DNA of 64,000 nt, taken from positions 248,001 to 312,000 of the forward strand of contig JAQGDQ010000208.1 of the NCBI GenBank assembly GCA_030141605.1, given 5' to 3'. Position numbers and translations under genes: made by a program. The notes below the pieces were generated by a model, which saw only the letters and a list, made by a program, of their open reading frames with translations, was not told the DNA's origin and did no database searches. This document shows positions 1 through 11,700 of the stretch, piece after piece. This DNA is from Tubiluchus corallicola. Taxonomy: Eukaryota > Animalia > Priapulida. How positions within the stretch are numbered: the first letter of the stretch is position 1; each line of letters starts with the position of its first letter.

Positions 1-710
1 TGTGAACATTGTTAGCTTGACACATCCGAGCTCCAGGTCACGAAAAGATATACTGATACTAGTTTTTGAATTAACATTTCCAATTTAAATGTCTCATGAA
101 GTATATTGTATAAATGCATTGTATAAATGTCTATTGTAGCAATATGTGTTTATAAAAACTATTATGTTTCGGCTAGCTGGTAGCCATTGTCTACAGTATA
201 TCTGTAAAGATACTATTAATTTTTCTAAAGTGTTTTGCTAAATCTAATAAAGTTAAATTTAAAATTGTTTAAACACATAAATAATTTTCAAAATTATGCA
301 TAAAATGCATAAAAACAGCATTTTTGGCCTAGTGAGTAGAAGGTACATACAAAATAAATACATAAATAAATAACGCAGAAGTTTACATTTGCATGAACTG
401 AGCATTTATTTTTATTTTGTAGTCATTTTAATTTACCTGCGATCCTTTGTCTTTTCAGGCGAATCTTTGACCAGTGGTCTTTAGTCTAGTGGTCCTTTGA
501 CTGATGGTCCCTTGACCTACATCCATTTTGGCTCGAGTCTGTAGTTTAGAGTTGCATTATGTCCAAATTACCTTGGGATTTTTCTTAACAATCTTTGCTG
601 TCATATTAAAAGTTTTTCTGCATGAGATACCTTAATTTCTTAAGTTTCTCATATTTTTTTCTACCATAATAACATATCATTCGTAATCTAATTCATTCTT
701 TGCTGCTAGC

Positions 711-711
<1 letters not shown>

Positions 712-744
<33 letters not shown>

Positions 745-764
745 GTAATGATAATAACAACAAC

Positions 765-833
<69 letters not shown>
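712..833. repeat. (AAT)n microsatellite
   Basis: About 40 AAT units with a few AAC/AGT/GAT variants; explains the poly-Ile ORF 700..966. Confidence 0.97.
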
Positions 834-1356
834 TGATTCCATCAGATTTCTTCTTTTTTTAATTTCAATACTTCCTGGTCAACGTACGGTTCTTTATCTT
901 CTGTTTACGTTTTATGTAGAGAATGCATTAGTAACGTATTCCAGGCTTGCAATATTCCTTGGTTAACAAGAATCGGACACGGCCATCCTGGTCCACATTG
1001 TCAAGTTATATTACATTATTTCTAAATAATTCCATTTATGATAACAAAATAATTTATGTACAATTCAGAATAGCACTTATATAATATTCCAGGAACTAAT
1101 CATACAATATGCCTAGAGAAATATGTTTCCATACGTTAGTTATAACACTAGGACAAAAAAGTTTATCAGAATTTCATAATATAATTATAGTGCTTGCACA
1201 TTTTCTCTCGAGATCTGCACCCAAAGAGCTGCTACTGCTATTTTCCAATGACTGTTAGTGTTAGTCTATTAAAGTATGACTAAGAAAAGTAAATGAACAT
1301 CACGAGTAGCCCACCACAACATGGCTGAGGGAATATATGTTGGCTGCACACGCGTA

Positions 1357-2120
1357 AAGTGGCGTTTATGTAGCATCCGGAATGCGTTCTGCGTTATCCA
1401 CCTACTGAGCAAAAAATCAATAGGAAATGTAATTATACAACTGCAGAACAAGAATAAAGTGGCGTTTATGCAGCATCCGGAATGCGTTTCCACCTGCGAA
1501 AAATCAATAGGAAATAGCTGCAGAAAAAATAACGTATAACGCAGGTCAGATAAATGGATGCATTGAAAACAATAATATAAACCGATTTTATCTATTCCGC
1601 ACCGCCGACAACGCATACGCATTCCGGATGTTAGTCATGCTAAATCTTCTTCTTCTTCGGTTGCTCTAAGCATCTATTGTAGACATAGAGCCTCTATCCT
1701 TTATTAGAGCACTCTACTGTTTCCTGTCTGCAGTTAAAATGTTCAATCCCTGCGATACTAATGTTAGCTTTGGTTCCAGCTGTTGTAAATCCTTGATATC
1801 CAGGTTGTCTTTGGTTTGCCTGGAGGTCGTTTAGTAGGTTTCAGTGCCTCGTTTAATGCTAATCTTACTGGTATTCTTTCGTCAATCTCATTAAAATTTA
1901 ATGTCCTATCAAACTTAGTCTTCAGATTTTTGTGCTCCAGCGTTTTTTTTGGTTCTGTTACACAGCTGCTCATTTGAAATGATATATGTCATTTTATTTT
2001 TAAGATTTTTCTGAGTAGGCCTCTGTGAACAGGGCTGAGGCAGTCACCTTGAGGAAGGCCAGCGTTAGTTTTGCAAGTTCTTGCTATAATATTGTCTAGT
2101 ATGCTACATAAACGCCACTT
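1357..2120. mobile_element. Small TIR element (Harbinger-like MITE) whose right end is interrupted by an RTE fragment
   Basis: AAGTGGCGTTTATGYAGCATCCGGAATGCG occurs at ~1357 and ~1457. Its reverse complement is split into CGCATTCCGGATG (1618-1630) and CTACATAAACGCCACTT (2104-2120). Superfamily inferred only from the TAA flank and TIR style. Confidence 0.55.
1645..2095 (-). mobile_element. RTE-clade LINE fragment, 5'-truncated and internally deleted
   Basis: Minus strand gives RT motif TNAGLPQGDCLSPV (~2027-2070), then decayed C-terminal ...PVRLALNEALKPTKRPPGKPKTTW; ends in a (GAA)n tail at 1645-1658. Confidence 0.75.
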
Positions 2121-2775
2121 CATCATCATCCAATGAATCATACGTCCAGGGACATGATTCTGCTCACCTCCCTATGCCAGTACTCCCTGCTCGCCGCGAT
2201 GCCCCGAGTGGATTTCTTTCTAAGGATCAGTGCCTGAAGTGTCTAAATCTTTCTGTGCAAAATCTAAATATGTTAACATTTATCCTCCAGCAGGCTTTTT
2301 TAGCTATTTATATGGCTTGTTGAAGAGCTATCTTCACTGGAATATTATTACTTCACTGGTATTATCAGGTAGTCTAAGCATATGCCCAATCCATCTTAAA
2401 AGGCGTCTTTTTGTTTTTCTTGTCCAAGGTTCTTCTTTTATTTTTTCATATAGATTTGTTTGAAATTTTCTTGGGCCATCTAATACCCAAAATGTTTCTG
2501 TAATTTCGCTTTTGAAACGCATCGATTTCAGCTTTATCATTTGCTTTTAATGTCCAGAACTCACAGTTATACAGAAATACAGTTTCAACTAAGGCCGAGA
2601 ATATTCTAATTTTTGTTTCCAAAGAAATCTTCCTATTCTCAAAAACTTCTGTGAGTTTTGGGTAAGCTGATAATGCCATTATCTTCCGTCTTGATATGTC
2701 ATTTTCTGTTGCCAGCAGACTACCGAGATACTTGCATCTTTGCCATGATTCATCACCATTACTTTGCACAAAACA
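2121..2775 (-). mobile_element. Second RTE-clade LINE 3' fragment
   Basis: KYLGSLL..DISRRK..KISLETKIRIFSALVETVFLYNCEFWTL, then frameshifted RRLLRWIGHMLRLPDN and IAASREYWHREV; short (GAT)n tail at ~2121-2130. Confidence 0.85.
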
Positions 2776-2809
2776 TTTAATGCTTTTCGAAATTCGAACG
2801 GTTGAACTT

Positions 2810-2910
2810 GATTATGGCAACCATGGCAACCCATAGATTTAAATGCCGCGCGTGCGCAGAATTTAGCAATCGTAGTTTTCGACTCCTAGCAACGTTGCTA
2901 GAGAAGCGCG
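2810..2910. promoter_or_regulatory. CpG-rich promoter-like patch with NRF1 site and RFX/X-box-like sites
   Basis: TGCGCACGCGCG on minus (2847-2858) matches NRF1 consensus YGCGCAYGCGCR; CCATGGCAAC (2821-2830); CCTAGCAAC-GTTGCTAG (2885-2901); candidate donor ATGATG|GTGAGT follows at 3124. Confidence 0.45.
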
Positions 2911-3269
2911 ATATGGACGCGGTCAGCTGAAGGAAGGAAAGTTCCGATTCTTTTTTTGGATTGGATGTGATGCTGAGTGCTGGCATAGTAGCATGTCCAG
3001 TTTTCGCTGGACAAACTGCTGTGTGTTGCTACCTGTTTTGATGGCAGATTTATTTCAGAAATCTGCCAGCCAAATGTTTGCAGTAGAAGTATTGAGCATT
3101 TTCTAAATTTTAACGATCATGATGGTGAGTGCTTTTTAAAAATTCGTAAAAAAATTATGAGTACAGTTTTGTACACCTTTAATAAAAGATGCTGTGACAT
3201 CAGTTATTTTCCTAAATTCTTGACAAATGCATATAACGTGACAATGAAAAAGATTACAGTATTATTACT

Positions 3270-4845
3270 ATTAATGATCAGCAGTTGGGATCCCACAGGG
3301 AGATCCACTTGGACCATTATTTTTGCTATTAAAGAGATGACAGAACATCTTGAAGTTTCTTTTAATATTTAGTACCTTGATGATGGTACTATTGGTGGTT
3401 CAGTTTTTGAGGGCACACCAACTTTATGTTAGGTCTTTGTTCAAATCCAAATAAATGTGAGGTTAATCCATGTAACAATCTTAATTCCGAACAGCTTCAG
3501 CAATCAATTTCCTCATTCCAATAACAATTATGTTCTTTCAGGAATGAAAATAGTGTCTCCTGATGAAGCAGCTATGTTAGGTGCACCTTTGGGAGATGAT
3601 GCCATGGTTTCTGTTCTTGTAAAAAATTAGATCAGTTAACACTCCTTGGTTTTTGGCTTAGCTTATTAGTTGCTCATAATGCACTATACCTGCTTTGACA
3701 TTGTTTCTGTATTCCAGAATTAGTCCATATTTTGAGATCTTCTCGGGTTTTCCAATATAATGTACTTAGCTGTTATGATTCTGTTCTTCATGAAACTCTT
3801 CAGACTATACATTAATATGTCTGATTCAGTATAATTACAAGCTTCCTTGCCAGTTTCCAAAGGTGGTCATGGTATAAAAAGTGCCACATGGCTATCTCTT
3901 CCTGCCCTTCTTGCATCAGCTAGTGGTTCTGCTTCTTAGTACTAGAAATCCTTTCTAGAGTTCCCACCTTTAACATTTATACTGCATTAGATATAGCTAA
4001 ATCAGTCTGGGCAGAAAAGGTTGAAAAATTTGTTACAACTTTACCTGATTCAACTTCGCAAAAATTTTGAGACAAACCTCTAATTTGAGCATCTTTTGAT
4101 AGTTTGTTTGCCAGGACTTCTTCTGAAGCTCATAAAGCATAGCCATTAGCAATACCTTCTAGTCATGCTGATGCACACGGCTTGAGGCCTTACCCTTTTC
4201 TTCACTGCTCTGCATTTAGGTGATAATCAATTGTGCATTGCTGCAGCGCTTCGATTAGGTGCATATGTTTGTCATCCTCATCAATGCAAATGTGGAACTT
4301 TTGTAGATAGTTCAGGATTCCAAGGCCTAAGTTGTTTAAAAAGCAGTGGTCGGTTTTCAAGACATCTGGCTGCCAGCGAAATAATTTGGTCATGCCTTAA
4401 CCTCTGCTCATGTTCTTTCAGTATTAGAGCCCACATGTTTGTCTTTGTCAGATGGCAACTGGCCTGATGGCATGACTTTGATCCCTTGGATCAAGGGTCG
4501 GTCTCTTCTTTGACATTTTAATTGTATTGATACATTGGACCCTCACATTTGGCTGGCTCCTCTAGTTATGCTGGTTAGCCGAAAACAAAAAATGTACGAA
4601 ATACAACAGTCTTTTGCCAAATTTCAATTTTGTACCAATTGCCGTTGAAACTTTTGGCACTATTGGCACAGAAGGAAAAAATTTATTAGTACTTTAGGCA
4701 AATGAATTCAATGTGCCACAGGGCAGACTAGGACTACAAGCTTTTTATTCCTGTACTTATCTGTTGCCTTGCAAAGAGGTAATGCGATAAGCATTATGGG
4801 AACAATCCCTCCATCTGAAAGGCTTGAAGAATTTATGAACCTCCT
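3270..4845 (+). mobile_element. Decayed CRE/SLACS-clade non-LTR retrotransposon (RT plus C-terminal restriction-like endonuclease)
   Basis: Motifs in order across stops/frameshifts: GIPQGDPLGPL, YLDDGTIGG, LGAPLG, QASLPVSKGGHGI, LRLGAYVCHPHQCKCG..GLSC..GRFSRH (zinc knuckle), PDGMTLIPW..GRSL, FVPIAVETFG, LSVALQRGNA. Confidence 0.8.
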
Positions 4846-5778
4846 TCAATATTAATATTTCACTTTATTGACCTCTTATCTTTGACTGTAGCAAAAATCT
4901 CATTTTTCAGAAGATCACTTCACGATAAAACATTAATAAGGTGTCTATTTTTTATCAGTCTATCCACTGCTCATTTTTACATTGTAATAATACTTGTAAT
5001 ATGATATTTATTGTCAGATAATTGAGGAGTTTATTATTTATGTTTTTAAACATTCTGTAGAGATCAGTGTTAAATGTACAGTAATATATATTCATATGAT
5101 TTATATAATAAAGAAGAATCATTTCTTTTTCTTCTTATTTTTAAGGATTTTAGTTATTTTTACAGTTAAAATACTGTTAACTATCATGTAAACGAAATTA
5201 GTTATTGTGACACTTTTTGACTATTGTGAGAAAAATATGCTCATCGCAGTCTCTGACCTCACCTCACACATACATATAATGGTATCGATACAACCTCACA
5301 CTTATAATCATGTTTAAATAGTCTAGTCTTAGTTAGTCTTTATTATGTTAAACTTAATTACAGTACAAAACCAATTTTTGCTAATGGCAGATGTATTTTT
5401 CATTTTTACTATTTTAGGTTCTGAGATGTTCTGATAATGTTGAAAATAGGCATTGTTTTGTTTGACTTTAAAAACAGAGGTGTCACGGTACTTGCTGTTT
5501 TGACTTCTTTAAACACTGCTTTAAACTTTAAATTATGCTGCATTAGTAATGACTGGTAGTTTCTTGCAGTTTTGAGGATTTTAACCAGCTTGCGTACAAG
5601 TGAAAACATTTTTGTTCCAATTTATTCATGACGGCCACATTTTGAATGGTTTATAAAAGATTAACATTTTTGTACAAAAGCTAAATGTCTCACTGTGTCT
5701 GTTTGACAAGTAACAGGTAAAACATAGACACAGTAAACTGGGAAACAGATAAGTGAGAGACTTAGGATCAGAATACTA

Positions 5779-8700
5779 ATGAAAATGGTAAGTATATCTG
5801 TGGCTACTACAACCAGACACAAGCATGTAATTGCTAACACATTATGTTATCTTTGTGGCTTTGCTGTCGTTGGCCTATGATTTGAAGAGCCTGGTATGAA
5901 AGTTTGTTGAAACACTATCAGCACAAAATTTCTGAAATACTTCATTTTGTCTTTCTACTTTTGCAAATTTGTATTCGCTGCAGTTATTTTAAAATTAGTT
6001 GAAATTTATGTTCGAAGAAAATAGAATTTATTGATAATCATCTTCTGGATCTATTAGGCATTTGTGTAACCTCATATACTGCAGCAGTATAGCTCTTATA
6101 TCTACAGTTACTACAGGAATTTAAGCCTTTTGCTTGTGATGGACCCAGAACTGTGTGTAAGAGCACATTGACTTCAATTGTGCCAACACTCCCCCTCCGT
6201 CACATTGGTTACATCTTACTTGTGACATAGGCATTACAACTTACTGTTAGTCTCTGCCCAATCTGGGTTCCCATGTTGTAAGACAGCTGTCACATTACTA
6301 CCTTTAGCTGATGTGTCTGTTGCTATGAAACTTCTTTACTGCTTTCAATAAAATAGGTTACTTTGCCTAAATCTGTGCAGTTTTGGTACTTTCTACAGTT
6401 ACTACAGGAATTTAAGCCTTTGCTTGTGATGGGCCCAGACAACTGTGACTGATGACCAATGATTAGTTCTACAACAATATACCGTTATAACAATAGGCTA
6501 GTTCTTCCTTAGTGTGAGATATGAAGAAATAAACTATGACTTCCTGATATTGTTTTGCAACAGTGATGGACTGCTACACACTGCGTTAAACTTAATTCAA
6601 TGTACTTAATTGTGTACACAAACTATTCAATACTTAAGTTTGTTTCTTTTTACAGGCTGTCTCATCTTGCTTTCAGTTTGGCTCCTCTCTACTATGCAAA
6701 CCCAAACTTGTAAGTACATTGCTTTGATCACTATTTGTATTTTTTGTAAAGGAATTATTGAAATGTATAGATCTATATTTTCAGTTTAATAATTATATTT
6801 TTTGTATGATAAAATCTTGCCATTCATCTTCAGTGTGCAAGCCTCAAACTCAGCTGCATGCTAGTTTTGAATAATAATTGCACAGGCAAAGACAGTTGCA
6901 TTACACCTTAAAGTCAACTTTTTATAGATTTACTTCCATTTAAGGAAAGTTTTATAAATTGGTCATTTTTGATTAATGACTTTTGCCGTTAATAAACCTA
7001 CTAGTAGCAAAACAATAGCTGCTGTTAGTTATAGTTTATTTTATTTTCAAAAAAATGCTGGCACATGTATGAGCTTCTTGTGTGGATCTAATGTTTCTGC
7101 AGTTTCAGCACATACAAACAACCACGTGTAATGAATACATGGTACTGTTGGTAAAACCTACTACATGCATTCTTTGTTCATAATATGTGATATCAGCTTC
7201 TTCCTCTCCTATAATTGAGTTGTATTTTTCTGATTAAAGCTTACTGGAATATTCCTGCCATTTTTGGATTTTTTTCAAGTTAAAATTTAGGATATCCTAA
7301 TAATCCTAACAGTAGAGGGCCTGGAATAGTAGTGCTCAATGCATTTGACTAATAAGTACCATCTTTGGGATACACTTTAAATACAGGCATTATTTTGTTT
7401 GCAGATGCCAGACAATAACTTAATGCTTGCAGAGTACGTGTGTGGTCACTATTGTCTAGAATCTAGATGAAATATGAAATTTCCTTTGTGTCAGATTTCC
7501 ACTGTGTTAGATTTCTTTTTTAGCTGTGATTTTTTGTTGCTAATTCCACTGACATTACCCATGTGAAATTCATGTAACTTAAACATAATTTTCTTAGACA
7601 TAATTTCATAATTGTAGGCAATGCTGCATTTTTTGTGAACATATAGTTTTTAAGTGTACATAAGTCTGGGAAGTTATAATCAGTAGGTCTGTTTTAGGGA
7701 TGACATGAAATGGCTCTTGGAAATGAGAAGATGAACATCAGTTATTTGAACTGTATTATTTGAGTTGCATAAAGATGAATTTGCTAAAGCTAAAGTTGGA
7801 CTTAGTAATAACTTTTCAGTTTTTGTACACGCTATCCATAACTTATTGGTAGGCTGAATAAATTTTAATTTAACTTACTATTTTTTTTGCAGATTAAAAC
7901 ATCAAAAACGTTGCTTTTACTTGCATTAGTGTTTTCAAGCATTTTGGGTGCAACAGCTTGGTCTTGGTGGGACTTCATTTTTCCGGGTGGATCTTCCTGC
8001 TCTGGACTTAGCATCTTGTCCTGGAACATCCAGATTCTTGGTCGAAAGAAAATTTCTAATGAGAGAGTTATAGATATAGTCACCAAGGTGAATTTCTTTA
8101 CAGTTTGCACATAATTTTTGATATCTGACATAAGAGAGTAGTTCTGCTAAGGAGAGAGGATATTTAGGCGGCAGCTGTTCGAGCTTGGCCGTTTGGGCAC
8201 CGGACTCTATGACATGAGACATGCGTTGATGCATATGTTATGTGACTTGATCATGCAAGAGTACATTATTTCTGCTTTGTGCCACAAATCATGCTGCCTA
8301 ATAGGCTAAAATAAGTGTGGAATTCTCATCCACCGCCTGCCTGATTATCATGTAACTTTTAAAACATCTAATTTTTTGTAAGAAATAAATAAATATTTTC
8401 GCAAGTGCGATTGTGTAAAATTAGAAATAACTATATGTAATATAACTCACCTAGCATGTGAAAGAACAGTGCTGCTGAACACATTTATATCTTGCATTTC
8501 GCAAAAAATACAACAAAAATGCAGTTATTGTCGATCTTGATATTGATAAGCATTCATCATTTAATTGGCTTACTAACTGATCTGGCTATAATCGTTTTCG
8601 AATTGTAAGCAACTAATAAACTAAACAATGCATTCTTGGTCCATTTCTTCTAAAGGGCCCAATCAAAAGGACCGCACATTGTTTCAGCGGGAGTTTTCTA

Positions 8701-11700
8701 CATTGTACTGGTATATGAGCCACATAGTAATTGTCCTAAATTCTTACTGTGTCGATTATGTGCACTTATTTCATTAACGACAACAACAAAAAAGAAAAGG
8801 AAATAACAAGACCATTCCTCGTTTTTGCAATACGTAATTTCATTGCAGATCTTATACTGCTGTTATGTCGGATAATTTTGGTGTGTATGGATTTTTTTGG
8901 TGAAGCACATTTCTGCAGTTTACTAGTTTTGTGATGCGCTAGAGACTTTTGAAATATCCTGCTATAATATTTTAATAAAATATATAATGTAAACTTGAGG
9001 TATCACCTGCTTTCGTTTAAAAGCTACTCGTAAAATACTGAATTAAGGTGAAAAACGAGAAAATACATCCAATTGACTGGTTTAATTACTATATTTAAGC
9101 ATACGTTTAGTTTTGTGAAGTCATGATTCCTAAAAAAATCTTTGAAAATTACTAAATTACAGTGAATCAGTAAAATTTTCATAAACAAAAATAAAAAATT
9201 AGGTGCAACATTAAATTTTATTGGTGCCCAAATGTCTCATGCCCAAGTCATGCCCAAATGTCTCATGCCCATATGCACATGCCCATCTGCTACATTTGCC
9301 ATAATAATTTGGGTCTAGCAGGCAAACTTGAGACTAATCAGAGAGTCGAAATGCCTGTACTTACAGTAGGAAGGGGATATTGTATCGCCTTCATCACCTT
9401 TGCATTAAAAGTGACTTGCCAATCTCGGCTCCAATTTCAAATCCAGTTCAGGCATGTGGGATCCTTCTAATTGGATTATATGGCTAATACATTGTCCAGT
9501 CTTAACTGTTTTAAGTATTCTATGATGTGGCTTAATGCTAGAATGACTTTTGAAGTATGTTTGGTCACAAAAAAGTCAGCTAGTACAATTCTTACTTGTT
9601 TGAAATGCCCAGGTTAGTCAAAAAGAAAATTTTTAATAAATTTAATAATTTGCTCCGACTGCTAGCTAAGAAGTCACCATGCTATCAGAAACTCCTGATC
9701 GCAATTATTAACAGGTTAGAATTTATAGTTGTATTCTCTGGTGTGCATTTTTAGTTTTTATACATCTTTTGGCCCAGACTTGTGTGTAAGTTGCTTAACA
9801 CAAGTTTATTTTTTTGCCTGTAGGTTTATGTGTTTTTATGATGTCATAATTAGCAATTTAGCTGCTTCTGGTTTTTAGTTATTTATAATTATAGGCCACA
9901 CTATTTTATGGTATGAAATGTTAATATTTCTTTCAACTTTTAGGTCATGAAGGAACACGATATTATTTTGGTTCAGGAAATTCGTGATGCTGAGGAAACG
10001 GTTCCTGGTCTCCTGCTAGATGCTTTAAAGTAAAGCATTTTACTTCTTATTTTTGAAGGCATATTTAAATATAAAACACTGAAAAACATATGAATCAATT
10101 AGAATAATGGACAAGTATAATTATCCATTATGTTTGTTATGGTAAAACTATGATTGTTTTGCAATATTATATTGTGTGCGACAAAATTGTAAAGACAAAT
10201 GTTGTACTAGCTATCTGCAAACTTCTTATTCTGCAGCAGAACTTAATTAGAATAAACTGTGAAAATTACTGTTGCCTAAAAATATTGCAGTACTAAGTTA
10301 ATAGTACTGTGACTAATGAAGTAAATTTACACAATTTTACTGTTTCACCGATATGTCTATGCTCTGTATCAGGCTATTTGAACGTCGTCCATTTGCTTTT
10401 AAAAAACGAATATCTTAGAAATCCTGTATATTGCAGTAATGATGTGTATGCTGAACTTTTTTCCAGTGGAAAATCGGCAAATTCATTTTTAAACCAGTGC
10501 TGAAGGCATTTTTTATGTTAAGCTGAAATCACCAGTTTGTACGTGAATATGTCAGTCCACTGTATGCGATTGATGAAAAAAATTTAAAACGAGCTACATC
10601 GTGCAAAAGTGCTAGCACGACATTACTGGTATTTCAAGCCATGCTGCTGTCTTATTGCAGCGTGTTTAAATTTGCGGATTTCTGATCATTCTTGCCTTTT
10701 AAATTTGTACTGCCAGGGCTGCCTTGTGCCGCTCAAAAGAGTGATCATTTTTACGTTTTCCAAATGATGAAATTATAAGGAATAGTTGATACATAGGTGA
10801 GATCGACAAGAAAAGACCTGTGGAGGGCAGATTGATGGAATTTGCTGGCTTTGGCCATTGGTGGACTTTATACGTGACGGAAAATAAATGTTGTTTTTTG
10901 ACTTTGTCTATGTCATAACTACTTAATGACTTTTCACACACTTTCAATTTTGTTAATAATTATGGTGGCTGAACAACCTACTAACAAGTGTGCTGTTGCT
11001 AATATCACCAAGTTAACAAATTTCAGATTCTCTGTTAAACTGAACTGCAAACATGTGTAAGTTGTAGTACACATAATAATGACAGATATTCATAGTTATG
11101 CTTAGTTAAGAATTTTCTTGTTCAACATTGCTGTCTTATAGCTTGTTAGCAGTGTTGAGAAACTAAGTTTGTGCAATTTTCATTTCTAACCATATTACAT
11201 AATAGAATGAAGCTTTTTTGTGCTTCTCTTTTGATTCCGACCAAATATACTACCTGTACACACAAAAATGATTACTGATATATTATAAATTAGATAATTG
11301 AAATATTAGCATTTCTGCAAAAAATCTTAAGGGTCTTGCCCCGAAGAGGTCTTATGCCCCACCCTATCTTAAAACTGTTTTATATACTAATAAGGATTAA
11401 TTAAAACAGGAGCTATGGAAATCATAAAAAAGGTATATATCCTGTGTGAAAAAGCTACACCACGTAAGATATAATATCAGTGAAAAAATAACAATAAGTC
11501 AACATAAAGTTAACATAAAGAAGCAGTTTTTGAAAGTGACTGTAGTATATATATATATATATTGTATTGGACACTGTAAAAGAGGCAAGATGAAAATATC
11601 ACGAGTAATGACATTGTAGAAAATGCACAAAAAATAGCGATATATTTACTTTTCCCATTTTTATCTGCATTCATAATTTTTGGGCATTCTGCAAAAAGAA

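Noticed and set aside
700-966. Poly-Ile ORF (also poly-Ile/Leu ORFs at 62943-63274)
   Set aside because: Translation of (AAT)n/(TTA)n microsatellites.
2140-2230. GC-rich stretch considered as an HDV-like ribozyme
   Set aside because: On the minus strand it reads as the RTE C-terminus (IAASREYWHREV) just before the tail; no convincing pseudoknot.
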